Part shown: one piece after another, positions 12,357-24,127 of the stretch
Layout: each line of letters begins with the position of its first letter
Numbering within the stretch: the stretch's first letter is position 1
Assembly: GCA_002633005.1 (NCBI GenBank)
Contig: NMRA01000019.1
Coordinates: 400,057 to 464,056, forward strand
Reading direction: 5' to 3'
Source: Phoronis australis
Taxonomy: Eukaryota > Animalia > Phoronida
DNA length: 64,000 bases
Notes under the pieces: generated by a model
What the model saw: the letters and a program-made list of their open reading frames with translations, nothing else
The model's database searches: none
Told to the model about the DNA's origin: nothing
Made by a program: the position numbers and the translations under genes

Positions 12357-13808
12357 CTAGAAGAAAACAATATTAGCTATTATTTAGCCTTAAAGACGTC
12401 GGGAGTTAGCCATTTTGAAGGTATCATTATCAAACGTCAATGTCCATTACGGAACCAGTCGTTCTTTTTCTTTGAGTAACATGTGTGTAGCTACGTATAG
12501 ACACTTGTCTGGGCCGAACAAACCATGACACAAAATTTGACATCGACAAAATTTTTGACAATTTGAGTACGGCTATCATGGTTAGCTTTTTGACTATACC
12601 ATTGGCCTTTTACGATATTTTGAATGCAAAAGTAACCGACTAGACCAAACACTGATGTTTTATTTTTTACATTTTTGACTGCAACACACCTGCATATTTG
12701 TGTGAAGTTCGTGGGTATCACAACTTGGAAAAGGTTATTTATTATTGAAAGTTGACGTCTGAACCTTTTCAAACAAGGTTGTCTTTTGCAGTAAACATTT
12801 ATTTTACATAGGGTCCAGTACTTCTTAATGTGCTTATTTGATTTACATTGTTGTTCCTGTACCTTCTTGATGTAATCAACTTCTTCTAATAAAAGAATGA
12901 TGGTGTAATCAATAAATAGCTAGTCACGACATCAAATTCAATAGTTAAGAACGTGCAATCATTTGCTTTAATTAGACCGTAATTACTTGTGGACGCTAAT
13001 CTACCACCTGTTCCGCTTAATGATTCTGTTATTAGCACGTGACAATAACAGTGATTTCCTGAGACTGCCTACAGTGCGTTTCCTAGCCTTTAACTTCTGT
13101 TTTTTGGTCAAAGCTAATAACTTCAAAAAGTATATCCCATACAACAACAATCCCCAAAAACGAGTTTTTTTGACCGTAAAAACAATAGCCATTTACGTAA
13201 CTTAGACATATTTTGACCAAGTGATGATACTGATATACATGCAAGTCGTCAATGTACGTTAGGCAGTTATATGCGCGAGTTAACAGTGTTCACTAGAGGT
13301 GAATATTAACATCGTCTTCACTTTTTGCTCACCCGTGCAATCTGTCAATTTTTGATGGAAATTTCAATCTTCGATACCTTCACATTGTCTTATCATAACG
13401 TATTAAAACGTTTTCTTTGTTTCTCAAATTAGAGAGTGCCTCTTTATGTTCCGTGTTTGACTTTCAGCCAATGTGAAGTTGGTTTATGCCAACTTGTTTT
13501 TCGCTTGTTATGTACCTACTTGTTGCTATTCATGAGTGAATTAGCTGTTTCAAATCCTGCATCCGCGTTTACTGGTTGTGATCGTTGTATACTTTATTAG
13601 CATAAATGTTGTGCTACATAACGACACAGTTTGTGTGTTTTTTATTGAACTTACAGATTTTTTTCTTAGCTGTCAGATTACGTGACCTTGATTAGAGTAT
13701 TTTATTGTTGTAACTCTCATAAGGACATTGGCACCCTCTACGTAGAATTTGGAATAATATGCTATTAGATCCATGTTCTATTCTAGTGCAGTGGGAGGTT
13801 GAAGTTAC

Positions 13809-13949
13809 CTGGCCCTTCTTGTAATGGGCGACAATTGTACCGGTCGCATATCGTCCACCAGCCTCGTTCTGTCTTATTCCATCTTCGTTCCTTGTGAGAT
13901 TCCAGGGGTCGCCACACACGCCACATTTGTAGCCAGCTTGAATCTGTGC
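13809..13949 (-). CDS. AA15 LPMO exon 2
   Basis: cttcAG acceptor, AQIQAGYKCGVCGDPWNLTRNEDGIRQNEAGGRYATGTIVAHYKKGQ, GTAACT donor; 141 nt, phase 0-0. KCGVCGDP and E.GG.Y..G.I...Y..GQ motifs. Confidence 0.93.
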
Positions 13950-14784
13950 CTGAAGCCGTTGAAAGTAAATATCATCCATGACTGCCATTTCTTATAATGA
14001 ACATTTTAGGGAAAGTCCCTAATTACACCTCATTTCTTCTCGTAACCTCCCGTGAAGTAGTACGCGAACAGCAAAGTTAGACTTCAATTGTTTACATATA
14101 TTACTATAGAGGGCCCCGCCAGAAGGCGCCCGATGTGTAGGGGGGCCACATATTAATATAGACCAGTACCCCACCCGAAAGCGGTAGAAGAACGGTCGTT
14201 GTCACGGTAACCAGTCAATAGTTTATTCGTTTTTGACAATGTTTATTGTGGTCAGGTAGGATTAGCAGAATACAACATTACATTATACGTATCATTCTCC
14301 TGAAGTGTAAAAATCAAGAAAGTTACACTATCACTATCTAATCTAGAATCACACTCAATTAAACTTGTCAAGCACGCCTTTTGTGTTGGTACACAATACT
14401 GTTGCCGGTCAGAGCTTACAGCCACCCAAAGGAATCATCAGGTGAATGTTAAGTCCAATTTCTCTGAAAGTCATCTGCTTCACGACATTTCTTGAAAGTC
14501 GCTTGCAAATAGTATTTTTAAATATCAGTGTCAGACACTCAAAACTCGCTGTATTTACTCACAATGCCGTAAACATCGGTCAGACACTTTTGCTGCCTCG
14601 TTCTCATACCACTGGAGTTTCACATGTTATTTGTTGCTGTCTGATTCTTTACACCTTTTTCTCGGTTGTATTATTCTATTCGTCCTTCCAATGCCAACGA
14701 AGCTGTGCTGTGGGAGGCAACTCCGATTTGAAAAAGGTTTCTAAACTGGACAAATACCCGTGGATGTGTGCTCTGAAATTCTCT

Positions 14785-15365
14785 CGCTGGTTCCTTGCTT
14801 GCTGAGCCCAGCCAGCACGCAGGTATCACGCAGTGGCACGCGCTTTAACATTGGTCGATGTAACCTAGCCTCGGCAGTCATTGGTTAGCTTTACTACACC
14901 GAGAAAAAATGGCGCACTGTGAACGATTTTTAGCCTTGTAATGCAAGTGGCGTCGCAGCAACTATTTCGTTTCTGCAGTGATGTTTATTAGCCGCGTGCT
15001 TGAAGCACATGCACACATTATCTGGCCGATTTAGCCGGAGTGTCAGTATTCATACTGAATGAATACAGGACACTATCGTAAACAAAAGTCATCGACAGTA
15101 GAAAGATGCATTCCGAAAAGGCGCAATGCACAATTTTTAGGCTTCAAATTTCTTGAACATAAATTTCAAGCACCTTGTCTGTACAACAGACCACATTTAC
15201 ACTTCAGTCCATTAGTCAGTCATGCCAGTTTGTTTGCGCTGCCTGTTGATAATTCGACTAGCCAATCAGAAACGCCGGTGTAAAAAAAATTACCGAGGAA
15301 AATTAAGTGTTACCAGCGTGCTTGCGAGGCTACCGCCCCACCTAGAGGCACGCAGGGAACCAGCG
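14785..15365. mobile_element. Unclassified TIR element, copy 1 (possibly CACTA/EnSpm-like)
   Basis: Ends CGCTGGTTCCTTGC / GCAGGGAACCAGCG with TCT on both flanks. An inverted copy lies at 23596-24127 plus 29579-29659, and a partial third copy at about 29662-29937. Confidence 0.65.
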
Positions 15366-16999
15366 TCTTTCCGACATCAATGAGAAACCCGAAAATGTGC
15401 CCGATTTCCAAAACCAGGTCACGCGCTTTCTTATTTACGGGACAAAGGTAATTATCAAACTACGGAAGCCCAGTACTGCCATTTTGAAGTGAAGAAAAAT
15501 ATTTTATTATCTGGCAGCCGCCACTTATTATCTAACGGTCGCCACATAATTATCCGACACTATTGGGCTTCTGTGCTTTTGAGCTTCGGTAGTGAACAAA
15601 TACTTTGTAAAATTTATTAATCTATGACGTGCGAGCCATGTAATATAGTACAACCAAAACTCATGACGTCGGCGGTTGTGTAGAAGTCGCAATTATCATC
15701 TGGGTGGTCTTCCCTCATTACCGAGAACGAAACGTAATTAACAGGGAAGTTGGTAAAGTGGCCAAGCCATTGGGTAAATAGAAGTTTGGTGTCCTGATAG
15801 CACTGTCATTTTGTGTTAAACAGAATTGGCCATCGTGACAGGAAACGATAATCTGTTCGTTTCCTCTGCTGTGCAAATGAAGACGCGTTCGGTAGCCGCA
15901 GTCAGGAAAATGGAACGTTATTTTCACCGGTCGAGCTGAGATGAACTTCGGCTGTGGTGTAAGGCCTATTGTCAGAGAATGATTGTAGGTTTGTTTAAAA
16001 GGTTGCTATGTTTTGAGATTGTGCGTAGATGGAGAGGGAATGATTGAATCCAGTAACCACTAATTAGACAAGTAAAACCTGTTGTTAAATAATGTAATCA
16101 ACTACAAAGATCAGTAACTATACGCTAGCGCCCTCTTTAAAGGTTACTTCAATCAATCAAATTAATCGAATGTCTTATCTGCTATCCAAGCTGTAGGACT
16201 CTCCACTTGTACCATCTCGCAACGTCTAGTACAGCTTAATTCATTTTCCCTGTGAGGACGTTTCCAGAAAAAAAATGTAATTACTACAAAATTCACGATT
16301 TTTTTAAAATACGATCGAAGGAAAAGCTTTGTGGTTACCACAAAGTTTCAAATCTCCCTCCCAGTTATGATACATGCGCGCATGTGCTCACAGTCAGTTG
16401 CTTGAAATTGCTAGAGGTCAAAGGGAAATGTGTTACGTCTGTCTAGTCATACCAAATAAGGAGACGTGCTTTGCCTTGTGGGAGTAAAAGTGTTGAGCAT
16501 TTGACGGATCGTTTTTTTTGAAATTTGAAACTAAAAGAAATGCTTTGATATCAACAGAAAATAAAAATCTTTACGAACAAAGCCTAAAAATGCCTGGGAA
16601 GCAGACTGAATTCTGTGTCAGTGGCGGAGAACCACTTAGATATTGCAATTTAGTCTGTTTATCGCGTTCCAGGCCTCTTTAAGACATAACACAGTGACTA
16701 AATAATTGCAATTTATATTATAAGGCCTTTTAAAGGTTTTCGACCGCTAATAAGAAGGCCCCCTAAACAAATGAATGAATAGAAAATGGCAAATTTGGAA
16801 CGAATAAGTGAATAAGCTAAAACAGGAAGAGAAAAAAATTATGAGATATACTAAAGAAAACAAAGTGAATTCGCGCTAAAACGACCAACACGCCAGGAAC
16901 CAGGAAGTGATCTGGCACAGTTCAGGACATTGTGGGAGTAAACAAATTTTAGTTACTGTTACATATAAAGCAGTTGGAAATATGACAGATAGAATCGTA

Positions 17000-18540
17000 G
17001 TTGCCAATTATTAAATTGGATAAGAACTTGCAACACGCTTTCAAAGAGTGTGTTTTATTACACTTTGAGCAGAGCAGAGACTGGTATTTCGTTGTTTTTT
17101 AAAAGGCGAAGAATTTCAAAACTGATACAGACACTTCATGACAGTTTGTTGGATGGGGAAATTTTTGGGATATATTGTCGTAATAGCAGCTGAATATTGA
17201 CTCAGGTTGGTTTTATAATGGATTGGTCTAATAAAGAAGTTTTTAGTGTAAAAATACTGAGGAAGCTGACTATTGAGGAATTTGTAGTAAAATTTTGCTG
17301 TTGAGATTTTAAAGATGTCTTGAAGTAGAGGGAGGTGAAGTTCCCTACATATGGCAGAGTGGGAGTATTATGACTGGAACTTGATATACTCCGAAGGATT
17401 CTCTTCTGGGCTGTCTGGAATTTCTTATTGTTGCCAAACCCCCAAGTTGTAATGCTGTAAAATAAATGTGGGAGCACAAGTGAATTATGTATTAACTTGA
17501 GAGCTGGGAGAGGAACATAAGACTTCAATTTATATATGAGTGCACTGAGATTGTCAAGTTTGTTTCAAATGAGGTTTATGAGGGACCATTAGAGATTTTT
17601 GGCAACAGTAATACTAAGAAAAGAGAAATCGTCCACGTAAAAGATTATTTTGCTATTCATATAAATGGCGGGAATGATACATTTTTCAATTTTCTTTTGG
17701 GAGCAATGGAAAATCATTAATTTACTTTTTGATGTATTGAATGAAAGTTTGTTCACGGAAAACCAGACTGAAATAGATTTAAGGCTGTTGCTGCTGGTGG
17801 CTGATTGTTGCAAATTGTGTTGGAAACGTTCAGTCAATGTGTACGGTGTGGCGAGGAAAGTGTCGTCAGCACAAGGAAATGTGTCCATGGGAGAAGAATA
17901 CTGTAGGTCAGTGATGTAAATTAAGCAGAGAAGCGGGCCAAGAACAGAGCCTAGGGGGAATTCTGGTAAATATTGGTAAGCAACGGGAAGAGGTGTCCTT
18001 CAGTGAAACATACCGGGTGCGGTTTGAGAGATAACTTTTAAACAGTGTACATTCAACTTCCCTAATACAGTAGTGGTTCATCTTTTGTAAACGTATTTGG
18101 TGGTCTGTTGTGTCTAAAGCTTCAGAGAGATCGAGAAAGATGACCTGGGGTTTCATGTAGTTATCAAGATGAGAACAAATACGGTCTAAAAGTTCAAGCG
18201 AACCAAGTTCTGTAGAGTGATATTTCCTGAAGTCATATTGATGTTTGTAAGGAATGTCATTTTCATTTAGGAAAGTTGAAAGTTGTGCATGGATAATTGT
18301 TGCGATGATTTTTGAAATTCGAGGGAGAACAGAAATAGGTCTATAATTGCCAGGGTGCTCTGGGGTCAAACCATGTTGTTTGAAAACAAGGATTACTTTA
18401 GCGATCTTGAGAGCATCTGAAAATATACCAGTATGCAAGCATTGTTCGATCATGGTCGTGAGAGGTACAATTATAAAAGAACTGTTTATTTTTATAATTT
18501 TAGGGGATAAACTGTCATGACCGGTGCTATTTTTGTGTCA
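17000..18540 (-). mobile_element. Degraded LINE ORF2 (reverse transcriptase), CR1/jockey-group-like
   Basis: ORFs 17908-18453 (LKIAKV, NYRPISVLP, FRKYHSTE, IFLDLSEALDT), 17589-17888 (ADDT, WFSVNKLSFNTSKSK) and 17202-17528 (SLVLPHLFYSITTWG); frameshifted. Boundaries approximate. Confidence 0.88.
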
Positions 18541-19061
18541 GTTTCCCTCGATGATCGTTTCAGAACTAAAAGTACGCGTAGATTAAGCACAAATACACGA
18601 AGATTAAGTGAAAATGCGCGTAGGTTAAGTAAACGTACGCGTAGAATAATCACACTTCTTCGTGCAGAAATTAAGGCACTCGTTTAAGAGCCCCTTGGCG
18701 TTTCATAGATATGCTATTGTCGTGTCTATACCATCACATGAATTCTACTTTTACAAAGTATACTTCCTTCGTTTAAAAACAGACCATTACCATATCCTTT
18801 GCCCGTGAACGCTAACTCTGTTGAAGGCAGTTCAGCAGTGAAAATATACTGACCTATTACAGCCTTGTTCGTAATACTCGTAACTCAGTGCGCCTGTCTT
18901 TCCATGATAATGGGTTAGATTAATTGCCTCTAGTTCTGCCCGACTAAAGTGTTTTAAACACTATAACGTTTTACAACTTTAAAAGTTGTAAAACTTTCCC
19001 ACCTTGAAATAACCTGATTGCGACACCAGCTGTGTTGTGGTTACAGCATGCCATGACCTAC

Positions 19062-19214
19062 CATCAGACCACCACAGAACAACTGGGTATCGTCATAGTT
19101 AATAGCGGTGTTCCATCCAAATCGCCATGCCGTCGAACGTCCTGGAGGGAGGACCAATCGTCCGTGACCGTAAACAGAAACGAAACTCGAAAGCAATACG
19201 AAAATTGACTTCAT
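19062..19214 (-). CDS. AA15-type LPMO (chitin-binding type-4 domain) exon 1: signal peptide plus His1
   Basis: Manual translation MKSIFVLLSSFVSVYG|HGRLVLPPGRSTAWRFGWNTAINYDDTQLFCGGLM, followed by GTAGGT donor (phase 0). HGRL..PP.RS..WR.G....NY.D..L.CGG is the AA15 N-terminus. Absent from the supplied ORF track. Confidence 0.93.
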
Positions 19215-19291
19215 TTGAGAGCCAAAAATAACAATTCCTATTGCTAAAAGCTTCCCTAAGACCAGTGCTGTATTAACTAATTGTTTCGGCG

Positions 19292-19298
19292 TTTTATA
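19292..19298 (-). promoter_or_regulatory. Probable TATA box of the LPMO gene
   Basis: TATAAAA on the minus strand about 80 nt upstream of the ATG at 19214. Confidence 0.5.
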
Positions 19299-20223
19299 TT
19301 CTTAGTGAGATTGTTAAAACACAAAGCTGCTTAACTGTGCAAAGTATTTTCTGCACTTTAATACTTGTTAATTGTCATTATCCGATTGTCAGTGAAGTAG
19401 TCATTAAAACAACTGAGGCATTGCTGGCACCATAGACACACGTAAATTAGCGTTTCGGCTTGACAGACTAGTGAGACGAGTTTCTCAAGGTGAATAAAAT
19501 TATCTACATAATGCCAGTGCCAGAAAACATGCCCCTCAACTTTGACATGGTGTTTTTTTGAAAAAATAAAGTGCATAAACCGTTTGAAAATAAGTGAATG
19601 GTGGAACGCTCTGTAATAACCATAATGACGACGACCCCGAAATTTGGTGACCATAACGACGTGTTTTTTCACTAAACGCTTTGGGTAGCGTTCCGCAGAA
19701 CAAGTATGCGAAAAAAGTGAAACAGTGAAAGACGAGTTTCGCGATAATGCTCTGGAGCTTACTACCCTATTTCCTAGCAAAATGGCGGCCACTCTTGGTC
19801 AGTGAGGTTGTAATGTTGAATTGTGGGATTGAATTCGCTGTTTCCGTTCCGTAACCAACGATTTTTCTTGTCCAGGCAATCCCACGTAATGCCGTTTCCC
19901 ATGAGCGCTTAAAGAGGCCTGGGTTGCGAAAAATAGACTAAATTGTGTTATTCAAAGTGGTTTTCTGCCACTAAAACAGAATTCAACCTGTTCACCAGGT
20001 ATTTTTACTGTTTGCTCGGAAAAGTTTTGTATTTTTGTTGCTGTCAAAGCATTTTTATTTTAGCTTCAAATTTCGAAAAAAATGACCTGCCAAGTGCTCT
20101 TCACTTAATCAACGATTTTTCTCCCATGAGACAAAGCACGTCTCCTTATAATTTTGTTATGGCAAGACATAGACGTAGCACATTTCTCTCACATGGAAAT
20201 TTTGACCTTTGACCTTTGATGTA

Positions 20224-20321
20224 AATAAAACAAGCAAACAAGAAATAAAACAAGCAAACAAGAAATAAAACAAGCAAACAAGAAGTAAAACAAACAACAG
20301 AACAAGCAAACAAGAAACAAA
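20224..20321. repeat. Tandem repeat, 20-bp unit AATAAAACAAGCAAACAAGA, about 4-5 copies degrading rightward
   Basis: Directly visible. Confidence 0.85.
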
Positions 20322-21299
20322 ACACGCAGCAGCCACTTCGATTAAGAGGCAATTGGTGTAAGTCCGGTTTAAAATTAGTTATAAATGTATCGTAGTATTC
20401 AAATCTATTATAAAATGCGGTTGGAGTTATTGTTAGGAAATTGCTTGCTTCACTGGCTTGCCTGATACTATGCTTTTAACCTCAGATTCCGGCGAAGGGC
20501 GATCAGACATGACAATCTGACAAAAATATCCAACTGAGTTTTTTCTTAGCGCGTACTTCAAAAATCGTGAATTTTCTGATTTTTTTTCTGTAAATACCCT
20601 CACACGGAAAAGTGAATAACTCAGTAGTAGACGTTGGAGATGGTACTTTCATCAAAAGTTGTTTAAAAGATATTTTTGACGAGCTTTCGCGTCCCACGCC
20701 TCTTTAAAAGGATACCAAACCCTAGTTTGGCCTACTGACAGATATTAAAAACGACTTATCCACCCACTTCTCTGAAACAAAATAATGTTCTGTAACCTCC
20801 CGACAACCATTAAAAGTTTGGATAAAATTGAAAAAATTTTCAAAGTCTGCTAAACAGGCAAGCATGACCTACACTTTTATCCGAATAACGGGGCAACTGT
20901 GGGGAAAGACCACCCACCAAGAACCATAATTATATCTAATCTGTGACCTACAGATCATGAGTTTTTAGTTGCTGCCTGCTTTTATCGTTCAAGACTGACG
21001 CCGACGATGCATGAGCAGGTGACAGAATAAGGATTGGTTGAAATCATCGAAACAGTGTTTAGCACTCTTTTAAGGTTATGGTTTAGTATTATGGTCACAC
21101 GGAAGTGTTCATGTGACGTTACCTCAAATTCGTTCTGATTTTGCTCTGTGATAATGCTGAGCCCAATTTTCGTCGCAAGTGCACGCAAACGTATCACCGC
21201 GGCTTACGGTAACGAAGACGCAGCCCTGGGGTCTTGTTCATGAAAAATGACATTTTAAGTAAACTTGCTGGGACTTACGCTCCACTCAACAATGTTGGA

Positions 21300-22020
21300 T
21301 ATGAGTCATATAATTAGAAAGCCCATCACTGGTTCTTGATGGTGTATGATTATAAAAGAAGCAAACGACAAATAATTTAATTCATAAATACATGTAATCA
21401 TCATTTCGCATACCCGACAGGTTTAAAATAGTGTTTTAGATTTTAAAAAGAGTGTTACAGAAATAAGAAAAATAATAGGGTGTAATAGTAATATAAAAAG
21501 GAAATGAACCAGAGAGGTTATGTAAATTACTAATTAGACCAGCAGCGAAATAACTTAAAAGATACGAAAAAGATTTCTGTCCTATATTAAAGTAATACCC
21601 GGGACTTAAGAATATGGATCCCTCACAGTTGCTTTGAAGAATTTATTGATGCATTCATTCAAAATTATGCATCTTTATATATTAATTGGACGTTTTGTGT
21701 AGTTTGATACAGTTCTTCAGTAAAAATTCAGGATGTAGTGGTATTTACAAAAATGTGATAAAATAATTACTCCTATACGAAATTTGAAATTAACAGTTAA
21801 AACATGAGCAAACCTCTATCGTGTGGTTTTGAAATGTACTGCGGATAGATCATTACAAGTCAGAATTTCCATAGTAGTTTGTAAATAAATTCATTTCTTC
21901 AAAAAGTAAAAATTAGTGATTCTGATACCTGCAGTTTGTGCTACCGTAAATAAGAGACAATGGAACACAATTTTACGATTGTTATGTTAGTGAATAAAAT
22001 GGTCTATGGAAAATAATAAT
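21300..22020 (+). mobile_element. Highly decayed L1/Tx1-like LINE C-terminal (zf-RVT) remnant
   Basis: About 21890-21985 reads SFLQKVKISDSDTCSLCYRK*ETMEH (C..C....E...H); left boundary uncertain. Confidence 0.5.
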
Positions 22021-23595
22021 ATTCATGACAAAGAGACAAATGAACACGTGTTCCATAGTTGTAAACATTCGTGAATGAAAAAAAAACGAGACAGCTGGAT
22101 TGAAAAGCGGATATCTGGATAAAAAGTGGGGCATCCGTTTGTTTTTTTAAGTCGAATGGGCAATTGCGGGTGCCTCAAAAACCCATGGAACGTCCCGTTT
22201 TTCTTTTTAGTCGAACGGGAAAATAATGCTATGTGGTGAGGAAAATTACAATAGTACATGATGACATGCCAGTGTCGCTGTGTGTCAAAAAACGGGACAT
22301 TTTGATGGTGAAGCGGGATGGCGAGAAAAAATTCAAAAAGTGGGATAGTCGGCCAAGAGCGGTACCACTGGCAGGTGCAATGTACGCTTTCAGCAACACA
22401 AAGTATTGTATTGTTTTTTACAAGGTAAACGTTTCGTTTTTAAAATGCATTTAACGGGTATAGGTAAATACTACATATAATATTCGCTAGTCAGAAATCC
22501 GGAATTTACGGAAAGTATCTCGGCAACAGGTAAACATGGCACAAATGAATTATAATAGAACCACTTGAAAACAGTAATACGGTCAGATGTTGGTAGCTCG
22601 TTTATCTATTCTAACTGCTTCGGTCTATATGCGTTCTGACTTGAAAATTGCCATCTGCCGTCACACCAGGTTCAGTTCCCTAAGTATCATCTAATAAGGA
22701 AACTTGGTTCATAATATTCATGTTCTGATGCTCGTAATCAGTGAAGATAATTACACACGTTTCACCCATTACATAACTCACGAATGATGTAACATTTCCG
22801 CAAAATGAAACCTGGTAATGAGACTGAACAAAACGTTTTTTTCGTAAATGTATGCCCACGTTGGAAACCGAACTCCTCCTTCTAAAGAAAAGCCTTGTCA
22901 TATTACTATGGCTTGATCAAGAAATACACCCGAGTAAACGTTTTGGGGGCCTAAAATAAAGCTACTGGTTCGTCCTTGTGTACGGCGGCAGCTAGCATTT
23001 ATTGAGAAATTTAATCCAGAGCCGAAAGTCGATACGACATCATCAAAATGGCAAACGCACCTGTCATAAAGACATGCATATAGTCTCGTGGCGGCTTAGT
23101 CAGTAAATACAATTGTATAACCAATTATTGCACTTTATCTGGGTTGTATATTTTTATGTTCATGTTAGCTTTGAACATTTGTTGCCAGTCGATTAGTTTT
23201 GATAAAATTAGCTTGGACGGAAAAAATACACCTACAGTCCAGTAAATTATTTTTATCTAGAAAACCACAACTGAATCTCACATTTACACGAAAAGTGTTG
23301 CAATTTATGAAGCGTTCGTTCAAAAGATAGCTAAAAAGCAAACTTGAATTCATGGCTTAGATATTTACTCTGCGCGTACCAGAATAAGATAGAAAGCAGA
23401 TCATCGTACTCAGCTGCTCGTACTAGCACGACCTAATAATATCTTGATGATTCCCAAACAACTGTAGATCATGAATATTTGGCTACTCAGGTATGCTATT
23501 GGTACTGTTGTTTTGGTACTAATGAACGTTTAAGTTGCTAAATTTAACCAAAAATGTTGGGCCACGTGACCGATTACGCTCACTACGGCTGACCT

Positions 23596-24127
23596 TGCTG
23601 GTTCCCTACGTGCCCTGCGTGCCGCTAGGTGGTCGGAAGCCAGCACTCAGGTATCACTTAATTTTCCTCGGTATTTTTTTACACCGGAGTTTCTGATTGG
23701 CAAGTCGAATTCTCAACAGGCACAGCAAACAAACTGGCATGACTGATGCACTGAAGTGTAAGTGTGGTCTGTTGGACAGACAAATCGGTGCTTAAAATTT
23801 ATGCCGGGTCTACTTCAATTTTCCATACCCCACCGTTTACCTTAACCACTGGGGTTAGGACCAATCTTATTTAGTGGGAATGTTCATAGCATGGTTCAGG
23901 AAATGTGAGTTCTAGAAATTGTGGTTGCGCCTTTTCGGAGTGCATCTTTCTACTGTCGATGGCTTTTGTTTACGATACTGTCCCGTATTTATACTGTAAG
24001 AATAACACACCATTAAATCGGCCACTGAGATAGGTATTCAGGCATGTAATACTATGTGCTTCAATGAAGTACTTGGCTGTAGTGCAGGAACGACATAGTT
24101 GCTGCGACGCCACTTGCATGACAGGCC
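23596..24127 (-). mobile_element. Inverted copy 2 of the 14785-15365 TIR element, interrupted by Academ
   Basis: Reverse complement matches about 14935-15365, e.g. AATTTTCCTCGGTA, TTTCTGATTGG, GCATCTTTCTACTGTCGATG. Confidence 0.75.
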
